A stretch of 64,000 nt of DNA from Pseudovirgaria hyperparasitica (Eukaryota), in assembly GCA_010093815.1 (NCBI GenBank), contig ML996570.1. One strand, written 5' to 3'. The translations under genes were made by a program, and so were the position numbers. Positions 26,629 to 36,261 of the stretch are shown piece by piece. The notes under the pieces were generated by a model. It did not search any database, was not told where the DNA came from, and saw nothing but the letters and a program-made list of their open reading frames with translations. Each line of letters begins with the position of its first letter. Position 1 is the first letter of the stretch.

Positions 26629-27175
26629 TGCTCTGTTGGTTTTTGATCGAGGAGCAGAAGAGGGTGCGAGGGGACGGCGGGCTTTTATAGAACTGTGGGA
26701 GAACCGTGCGGGGGGGACGTGCGAGTGGGCTAGAGGTGTTGGGGTTAGATCTATTGTGTTGCGCTGGGTGATTAAGGGTGCCTGAGGCCGCAAGGGCCGG
26801 GAACATCCAGGGGTGGTTTTGGTAGAAGATAATAGATAATTATGTACACTGGCTTTGTTGGTGGCTGTGTACTGTCTCGATCCTGAAGACGTACGCATTG
26901 AGTTGTCAGATAGCCGAGACAGCCACGTGAGGGCTGCATGGATTTCGATAGAAAAAGATAATCGATTTGTGAATGACTAACCACAGCAGGCATGACTGAT
27001 TGTCCAAAATCAAAGAGAAAAAGTCCGTATCCGAATTACAGTACTGGAACTATCGTGACCATAAGTATACAATGACTATAAACCCACACAATGACGGCAT
27101 ATCAAAAGAAAGTCTACGCTATCCAAATACAACGCCTGATATATTCTCAGGCACACGTCTTGCCCATCTAGTTCT

Positions 27176-28603
27176 TCATTTCTTCGCCTGTACCGCCTTG
27201 GCAATATCCTGTGGCTCAGCACCACAGTTTCGGCGCTGCTCGCGACAATCGTCAATGTTCCCGCCCTGCAGCGCACCCGCCTGTGCCATAGCCTTACAGG
27301 TGCGGTACTGGATACGGCATGAGCGCACCACAGCCTCCTGTGCGTTACTAAACATGATGCTGTTGACCATGAACGGATTTGCGGCATCGCCAGAGTCAAC
27401 GATGAAAGGCGCTTGTCCACCTAGAACGCCTGATGACATGCGAATCTGTTCACCTGCACCACCGAGACCAGCAACCATATCAATCACGGCTTCAGTGATA
27501 TCTGCAAGCTGAGGCTGTTGCTCGACTGGTGGGGCTTCCTCGGCGGGAGTCTCGACGGGGTTTTCGCCAGGCGCAGGGGCAACGACTTCTGGAAGAGGAG
27601 CAGCTTCAACCGGGGCAGCTGGTTGCTCGCCATTGGCAGGAGCATCGCCGATAGGGGCGTCACCGGCTGGAGTAACGACACCAGACTCGGCATCGTCTGC
27701 TTCGTCTTGGGCGGGGTCGACGGCCGGCGTGCCATTATCGACAACGGTAAATTTGGTACAGTCGTCTTGAGCACCGCGCTGGGCGACAGGCATCATCACT
27801 GGTTGATGGTTCCTCGCGGATATCATGGTGCACACGCGGTAGAACCCGGGGCGGAGACCACCACCGACGAGAGCACTAAGCAAACCTTGGCCGTTCCCAG
27901 CGTCATCTATACCCTTGAAGAACGCAACACTGCTGGCATTCGGATCCCCCTTGATCGGGTCGGGAGGAGTGGTGAGACCTTGTTGGTCATCGGCACTCTC
28001 CCCGAGTCGCGAGATAGTGATGTGGCAGTGGCCGATGATCTGACCATTATTGTTGAGGTCTTGTGGGGCCGAGTAGTACGTAACGTCAGGATTGGTGAAC
28101 CTATGCCAGTCAGTGATGGTTGCTATAGCAAAGGCGGTGTCGTCTTACGCTCCCGCGTCAAGACCTCTTGTCTGAACGCTGACAGTGAAGTCTGTATTAG
28201 CTGGGACCTCCGCATTGTGGGCAGGCTCAGTGATTATCGCGCTGATCATGTTCTCGACACTTGGAATGCGGCCCATGGGGATGGGGTTGCATGATCCACC
28301 ATTAGCTTGTAGCCCGTTAGTGATGAGCGATCCTGTACAGAAGTTGATGAAGTTGTTTTCATCTCTATGCCATGGTCAGCATGTAAAGGATATATTGACT
28401 TGTCTCGCTCACGTGGCGGAGGCGGCTTGTCCGGCCTTAATACCTGCTGTTCCTTCCTCTTGTCCTGTCTTGGCACTGTTGGGCGAAATAACATCTGCAA
28501 AAAGACAGACTCCCTGCCGCTTGTTGAAGTAGCTCGGGGTGGGCGTGGCTGAGATCAAGCTGACCGAAGCCGCCAAGATGAGTGAAGAAGTGTAGAATTG
28601 CAT
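27176..28603 (-). CDS. Conserved fungal secreted protein of unknown function (two Cys-containing domains with a Pro/Ala/Glu linker)
   Basis: Signal peptide and KR site; two introns (GTGAGC and GTAAGA donors); motifs NFINFC, GSCNPIPMG, YYSAPQ, IGHCH, FFKG, NHQPVMMPVAQRGAQDDC; C-terminal RSC..Q...C...C..Q...C domain. Confidence 0.85.
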
Positions 28604-29598
28604 GGTGGAGCGGACAACTGATTAATGGAAATAGATAGTTGAATGTAGAGATCAATATGAAAAGGTAGTAGACCTGCCACGAACGTAAAGAGAGGATAAA
28701 TGAAGGGATAGTACAGTCAATGTACTGAAGACAAGGAGCCAATTGATGATCTGCGGGACCATGTGCACCTGGAGCGGAATTCTTTGAACTTATATTCAGG
28801 GTCCCCAGCAAGTCATCCCATGTACAATGGAGATTCTCTTTAGCCGTGGCTCAGTGTGCAGAGTTCATATGTGCATGACGATGAGACGAAGTGTCGCATC
28901 CAGATCCAGACTCAGGTCTCAAGGCTACTTCTTGGGGCGGATTGTGGTCCTTGGCAATCAAATATACCTCTCAAGAGTGTGAAATGGTCTCACAATTCGA
29001 GCCAGAATGCCTGATCTGAAATTCATACGGCATCTAATCATTTCAGCGCAAAGCTATCAGTCAGGTCGACCATGATATCCACTCGATACCTTGAGTGAGG
29101 ATGCAGTTTGTGGACTGGACGTGATGGAAGCGATACCGATATGGCGCAGTAGCTATTGCTGACTGCACATGGTAGAAAACTGTGCTCGGGTGGGATCGAG
29201 ATGGCATCAAGATGAGATCAACGCCAAAACCAAGATTTCTTCCTATAGCAAGGAATCAAGGGTGATGGGAATGTCAAACCACGAAGATTCCTGGTTCACG
29301 GCGGACCAGGTTGCTAAGTACGACTTGCGAGAACCATCGGGGCCGAAAGGCTACAAGCTTCGGTAAGGGGGTGCTTGGCATGCTTCAGGCAGGCCTTGTG
29401 AGACGAATAAAGCCAAATGTCGATCAGACGAAGCGACGCTTCACTACGAACTGCTAATTGTAGCAACTGGGGACAAGCACACAAGAGTACGCATGATGAC
29501 AAGCGAGACTTGAAGTGAGAGAAGCTGAGGATCTTGACTCGGGCGGGACTAAGATGAGTAGTTTATATGAGCTTATTTTTAAACCTAAGGTAGATTTA

Positions 29599-29618
29599 TC
29601 TTAGTAAGCTCAGACCCT
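29599..29618. repeat. 20-bp direct repeat, copy A
   Basis: TCTTAGTAAGCTCAGACCCT; 19 of 20 bases identical to 31975-31994. Confidence 0.85.
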
Positions 29619-30023
29619 ACTAGACTAAGTAATTAGCAGTGTAGCACATATTAGCAGGCTTAATTAACGCCCACTTTTTCTTTCTTTCTACAGAGAGCCC
29701 AAAGCCTGTGTGCCGTTAACCCTCAGGCGTCATTCATCATACCATCCCCAAGATATGGTGTGTCACTTTTGATTAGATGTGCAAGCAACACCCACTGGCG
29801 GTCGAGTACTTCTTGTTCATGGCATGCATCGCATCGGTATTCCACAGTCCCTGCTATCGCGATATTTTCTGCTGCGATAGACGAAGGCGATCAGGACGCT
29901 GACCGGGTACGCATGAATTACTTTAAACGAGTTTCAGGGTTCTCCAATCACTCAAGCTCATAGTCTTGTAATACACTGATACTGATATCGTCCATGATCT
30001 CAGTTGCTCTTGAATATTGTTTC

Positions 30024-30360
30024 ACACTTTCGTACAATGTCTCCTACATGAAGTCTTTCTAAAAGAGGAAAGTCGCCCTTTTCGAATCGTCCTCGGATCT
30101 CGTCAAGGCATCGATGCTATGGTGTTTTCAGCCGCTCCTCCATCGAGGAGAACTGAACCATCGCTATTAAGGAGTTTTCCTTAGAAGTCGCACAGTTTGA
30201 CATCCAGGTTGCCATCTAGAAGAAGGTTTCCAATGCTGAAATCACAATGTAAAACATTTCTCCCATGGACGTAAGCAAGGCCTTCTGCAACCTGCCATGC
30301 CCACTTCAGCTTCTGGCACAGTGATATCTTGGTGGCATCCAAAAGAGTCTTATTGTCTAT
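30024..30360 (-). pseudogene. Protein kinase pseudogene fragment
   Basis: Translates to QKLKWAWQVAEGLAYVHGRNVLHCDFSIGNLLLDGNLDVKLCDF*GKLL...ASMP*RDP, then shifts frame to RFEKGDFPLLERLHVGDIVRKC. Stops at 30181-30183 and 30103-30105. Confidence 0.85.
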
Positions 30361-30941
30361 GTTCTTCTTAAAGATTTATCCCATAAGAAATCTCAGGGAG
30401 CATCCTATAAACGTCGAGGACCGTACTCAAGTTCGATTGCCAAACAGTCGCTTCTTCTACCACCTTGAGCGCGTCTCGTATGCCTCAGGCACCTGCTTGC
30501 GCAATTTGTCTGATCAACACTGAACCTCGCTTGCTACTTGCCCCAAAAGTTCGGCGTGTATCTTAGTGACTTTCCATATGGCCCGGTACCACTGTGTCTC
30601 TCCTTCATCATGTTAAATCAACTCGTTTAGGCCCAGCGTGTTCCCGACCGTACCGCTCATTCTTGGGATAAATGCTGGGGACATTTGTAATGCGTTGTTG
30701 ATTCCCAGTCCTACATGACATATGGTGAATCCGCTCATGTCAGTCACTTGGCAGGGGCTATTCCTATATTCTAATTTGATGCCATCGATGTGGCATGATG
30801 TCTGCACGTCATGGGTTGAACGTCCTTGCCAAGAGGCTCTCCACATCGAAGTCCTAATCAGGATCTATAGGCGGAGGATTGCTTCGAGTCGTTGCCCAGG
30901 TCTCTATCCTGTCGATCTAAGTTGGCCATTAAAATTTGCGC

Positions 30942-31915
30942 TTACAGTGCAGTCTCTGTGGTGTAGCTTACATGGTGTAATGCGGCAACGTCTTTAACGG
31001 AATTACCGCTCATGAACTGCTCAATTGCATCTTCATCGCGTCTTACTTTTTGGAGAAGCGTTTCATAGAAGCTTTTGCATTTCTCCTGGTCAGCCACGAG
31101 TGTTGCGATCTCCAACATGGGAGGATATGCACCACTGTTGGCCCAGTCAATCAGCCAGACCTTGCCGTCAGAATCGAGAACTAAATTGCGTGGTGCTATA
31201 TCCAGATGTGTAAGGACGAATATGGAAGTTTCTAAATTAAAGGGAGGTATGCTCTTGGAGACTCTGCTAAAGTTTTTGGCTATCTGCAGCCTTTCGTTGA
31301 AGTATTTCTCCAAATCTAGAGGTCCAGTGAACGGACCAGCACCGTATGGCGTGAACCATTTTCCTTGGCTAGGCCCACCGCCTAGAGGACCTGGTGTGGG
31401 TAATTGGACAGACTGTAGCTGCGCTATCATGTCTGCAACCTGATGGATTATATCATCGCGTGTGGATTGTGGAAGTGTTTCCCAGCATTTGTCTAAGGAT
31501 AGACCATCAATATAGTCCATGACAATGTAGCCTAAACTTTGGAACAGGCCATAAGATTGAACAAAAAAGGATCGATGAACCTTCGGAACACGAATCGATG
31601 TCTTTTCCGCGACCAATTCCATAGCATTCACCTCCGAAGGAAGTGTATACGTATGTGATTTGATAACGAGGCCGCGGGTGATTCGGCTGACTCTGTTCCT
31701 ATCCAAGGCATGAATCGTAGGTGCTGTCTCTGCGGCCAAGATCAGTTCGGCTTGTGGTATACTAAGTATATCGCGGCCTTCAAGAGGGAAGGCCGTATTG
31801 GGATCTGTCGCTGAAGGCTGTGTAACGCGTTATTCTTTTGTCAATACAGCAAACCCCGCGCTGAACTCACGTCCGACCTGGGCTCCCAGAAGTTGGAGGG
31901 GTTTGTTGTGTCCAT
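30942..31915 (-). CDS. Aminoglycoside phosphotransferase (APH)/choline-kinase-like protein
   Basis: ATG 31915; intron 31818-31870; motifs IRVPKV, YIVMDYIDG, catalytic HLDIAPRNL and IDW. The extreme C-terminus could contain an unrecognised intron. Confidence 0.85.
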
Positions 31916-31974
31916 GGTCTCGTGTTAGTACTCATCTTTGACGACGGGCTAACCAAGTAGTAGGGATTTCCTTT

Positions 31975-31994
31975 TCTTAGTAAACTCAGACCCT
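31975..31994. repeat. 20-bp direct repeat, copy B
   Basis: TCTTAGTAAACTCAGACCCT, 60 bp upstream of the APH ATG. Confidence 0.85.
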
Positions 31995-32187
31995 TACGTA
32001 ATGGACGTTGAGGCGCCGGCCATTCTCGAAGCCTGCACTAAACTCGAACGTATCCGGGCCGAGGTGGTTCGAGTGGCGGTAAACTGTTATATATAGTATA
32101 GATTGGCACTCCTTTGTATATATACCCTTTAATAACTATTAAGAGAGCTTAATAGTAATTTATTCTATAATAGAATATATCCAATAG
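31995..32187. mobile_element. Possible RIP-degraded transposon relic
   Basis: Begins ACGTAAT and shifts abruptly to very AT/TpA-rich sequence at about 32085-32185. No transposase ORF. Confidence 0.3.
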
Positions 32188-34279
32188 TTCGGGGAAATTG
32201 AGGTGGCAAATAAAGGTGAACTATGATCCTTGAAGTCATGCAGCTTCAGAATCCAGAAAAATTGTGAGAGTGCGAGCGAGGCTGAAGCGCCGATAGTTGT
32301 CGCGACGTGCAAGGATGCAGAAGTCTCACATAGAGATAACGAACGATAATGAGGTGCCATAAATGGCATGAGAGCGCAATTAAACGTAGCGGTGTTAATA
32401 GTGTCCTTTTGGGTTCAACAGCCGGGCACACAACGCTAAAACTTCTCGGCTTAGGGACACGTATGCAGCAAACAGTGTGGCTTTGCCATGGGATTTGGCT
32501 TTCTGATTGCTGACTCGGGGCAGCCTTCACACAAGAGCGCTGGGCATGGCTGCTGTTGGTCCGTCTACACGTGGCCCCAGCCCTCCCACTCCTATACATC
32601 TGTCTACTCGGCCTCCATTAGCTCCGGCCTGGCCAATACAGAGCAAGGGTAGTGAAAACGTTTCCTGGCTGCTATGATTTCTTATGATTCTCATTATAGC
32701 ATCTTTGTCGCCTTCTGAAGGTAGACAGAAGGGGGTACATCTGACGTGGGCGTATGGAACATGGACCACTTTGAGCAGCCGCTGCACAGGCATTGGTGAC
32801 GATGACGATCTCGCCCTAGGATCGTGCTCGTTGCCGACGAGGCGCATCTTTGCCGGACTTGGGCTAGACCACGATACCACAGGCGATGGAATCATAGCCA
32901 TCATCATGATCAATTGAAGTGCACCACGAGCCGCGCTGCTGTGCTTCGGACGTTAGCAGCTGTAGCTTTAGGACCTAGATCCTGCACAGGTGGAGACATT
33001 GGATTCATACCGCTTCGTTCCACTTAGTCTGAGAAGTCTATGGAGATTCAATATCACAGCCCGTTCGCCGTGCTCAAGCCTGGTAAATACCTCGCTCAAA
33101 GTAGCTTGAGAGCAATATACAAAGAGGTGACACGTCATTGCTGCAAGATACCGCGGCATATTACCAGTGTTTGCCAGTATTGGGCTGGTTGCTGGTAGAT
33201 GCGAATCGAAAATGGCGATAGTCTGGCTGCATACTATGTATGTGGACTGTCAGTGGGGCTGTGGGCACGGGCGAAATACCGTATTTGGCAAAATCCATTT
33301 GAGCCATTTCCATATTGCTTCTGCAACATAGGATTAGAGCATGAAGGTATAGTGAGCAGGTATCATCGACTAATTTATCCATATCCTTCTCCTATTAGCA
33401 TTCATCCTCGATGGAAGACAGGTGCCCTGTTTAAGAGGGGGAGAGGAAGTGGGATCAGAGTTAAGACTTCATTACGGGCGTTAAGGCTTATACTACGAAC
33501 GGGAACCGGAATCGGTTCCGTATCTTGAAGTAGAAATTCACTTGTGGAGCAGGGTGAATGGGTAAGTGTGCTGCAGAACGGGAACTATTTAGCGTGTTGA
33601 AGTTATTATTGGAGATTCGTTGCGATCTGGAAACTATAACATATTAAGCCAGACATTGGTACGCTGGTCTACCCTTCGTGGTCTGATATCGTATGATAAG
33701 TACACACTAGAAGCAAACAGGAGCTTGTGCGGCCCATCTAAGTACTCTTAGCGCTTTATAAGCCACTGCATTCCAGTGGACCATCCCCGGAAACTGACTG
33801 AGGAATTGAGGTTTCTTGCATGGCAATTTGTTCAATGAGACGAAGAGGATCTTGGCGAGATAGACGCATTCAATGGAGATGAATCCATGAAACACTATTG
33901 TGGAACACTGTAAAACTGCGATTCTGTAGGCGATGCTGCGTGTATAGTCGTTCCTTATCTTGATGTAACATATACGTCGTAAGTTTCACACTGGCTAGCG
34001 CTTGGCAATGAACGCAGTATAGTTGAACAAATTGATCACAGGCAGGATGAATGGCAAGCTGCCATTTGCGAGTGACCTCCGAGAATAATGCCTGATCCTG
34101 CAGGCACGTAAACGTGGAGTTTATATACTAAAATTGTTCGTATTGTCAATGGATGTTGTTATCAGGCTGACACAGGCTCGAACAAGAATCATCGCATACG
34201 CAGTGAGTTGAGCGGAATTCCTACTCATCAACTTACAACGAGCCTGACACTGAGGAATCCCCTCATATCGCGTTATAGG

Positions 34280-36261
34280 TTAATATGCTCGAGAACCAAC
34301 TGCGCCTCCCATCGGGCTAGATGAATGTCCACGCGGAAACATCTGAATGAGACGTCTCCCGATGCCGGTCTCCAATTCAGTCCCATCTCTGGCTATCTTA
34401 ACTTCCCTATTTGCGTTCCAGGGATTGCGCAATCCTCTAGTCTTGAAAAACGGTAGACGATTTGTGGAAATCCACTCTACTTTGAACGCCTTTCCCCATT
34501 CCTGATCTGCTGCAATGTCACCGTTATCAATATCCTTTGTGGAGTTATCTTCTTCTTCTGTTGCATCTTCTTCCTCGTTCTCAGACCCAGAAAGATCGGC
34601 TTCCCAAAAGATAGTGCCTCGAGCAGAGTCGTCGATGATCTTCCCTTTCGGAGCGTGCTCGGTAGCTGGAGTAGGTATCGATCGAGGTGCGTCAGCAATA
34701 GCAGTGGCAGTGGACTTGGGGAGGGAGCTCAGAAGCTGCGAGGCGTCCGAGCTGATTGGTGATGCCATGCGAGCAAAGCCAAAATACTCGCCAGACTTGT
34801 TTGCGGAAAATATCAAGTATACATTGTCTGCTGTCTAGCTGTTGTTAGTGATACTCTGGGACTACAAGATATACATGAATACCTACAGCATACGCTGTGT
34901 TGAGCGCTTGCTCATTGTGAGATTGCGTGGCCCAAATACCATTTTGAACGCTTTGCTCCAGATCTTGCATTGTCAGGCTTTTCACTATGAAGAACTTCTC
35001 AGGCATTCTATTTGTTGTTGTTTCCCCATTGACCATACCAGCTATAGGATTTTTCCCCTCTTGCGCGATGTCAACTACAGTCTCAGATGACATTGATGTT
35101 AGATCAGGAGAAGGTCCTGATGCACGACCGTCTGACATGGCTGAAGGCCCTGTAGGAACCCCAGAAGTAGGCGCTGCACTACGTCGCAGTCTACAGACTA
35201 GTCGGACTCCATAGAAACGCGAGTCATGGAATCTATGCATAGCTGCAGTGCAAGAAGTCTCGGTGCGGTAGTTGACAAAGGCGCAATTACTCTTGGAGAT
35301 TAGGAAAAGACTCTCAATATCTGTGGTTGCATCGCGTGAAAAATGGTCTTTTAGATCAGTGACATTCGTCCCTGGAGGTAAGTTGCCAACCCAGAGGGCA
35401 TGACCTGACTGTTTCGGTTTTCGAGGAGGACCGCGGGGTGTGGAATTCATGCTTTCAGGAGAAGGATGTGATGCGACTGCCTCTGTTTAGCAAAAGCCTG
35501 GGGGAATATTTTGCTTAATTTCAGGACTTACTCTGTATAGTATTGGTTTGATTCAAGTTTGGCTGGTTGGGTGAGTCAGTGCTATAGGTGATGGCCCCTG
35601 AATATTTATCTGGGTAGCCAAGGAGTAGGGGCGAATCTGCACCTGTGGGTGCATATTGGATCTGGCCATGTGGTATGCTTGCTTTCCTGCCGTGAGCCCT
35701 AGCATATTGCTGGGCGGGGAGAATCTGTGGTCCGTATTGTGCTGATACATAATAACCGTACTGTGGCGTTTGTGGAAGGTAACTGGGGCATGGACGTTGT
35801 TGGTGGACAGAGTAAGAAGTATAAGAGCTGGTTGCAGACATATGCCCTTGACAAAGTAAGTTGGGGTAATGACCTGAATGAGCATGTCCCACGGCATACA
35901 ACGGTTGGGGTTGTCCAGAATATTGTGCGACGTGCTGGTGGTCGTAAGTTGTTGCCAAGGGAGAGGCACCGGACATGCGACTTTCGGAAGGTGTATACTG
36001 AGGAATAGTTGCTGTTATTGCGGCCATATTGAAGGCAGGAAATTGATCGTGCGAAGCAAATCCGCCATGAGGAACGTGCTGTATAGAACCTCTAGGCAGA
36101 GTCAAGTGAGAGAGATGGGACTGAGGAAGTGTTGAGTATTGATCTTGAAAAGCATACGAGGATGGCTGAGGTTGATACGAAGGTCCAGGACCTTCAGACG
36201 AATTTCCTTGGTTCCCACTATGGCCGGCTCCATGGCTTTCAGAGTCTTGCGGCTCTCTCAT
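34280..36261 (-). CDS. RRM + YTH (YT521-B-like) RNA-binding protein
   Basis: Introns 35483-35531 and 34835-34886. Low-complexity N-terminus; RRM (LWVGNLP, NCAFVNY); YTH (FFIVKS, GIWATQSHNE, LIFSANKSGEYFGFARM, NPWNANREVKIARDGTEL). Probable 5'UTR intron 36313-36410. Confidence 0.92.

Noticed and set aside
27518..28294. 258-aa plus-strand ORF
   Set aside because: Antisense shadow of the well-supported secreted-protein gene.
29551..31938. 10-bp inverted match AAGATGAGTA (29551) / TACTCATCTT (31929) as terminal inverted repeats
   Set aside because: Too short, does not extend, and is not positioned symmetrically relative to the direct repeats.
32040..32080. GGTTCGAGT as a tRNA T-loop or B box
   Set aside because: The flanks cannot form a T-stem or cloverleaf.
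32202..32210. Exact PACE element GGTGGCAAA
   Set aside because: Single hit beside a degenerate AT-rich patch, far from any proteasome gene.
33499..33521. Hairpin GGAACCG-GAAT-CGGTTCC as a Helitron 3' end
   Set aside because: No CTRR terminus at the expected distance and no other Helitron evidence.
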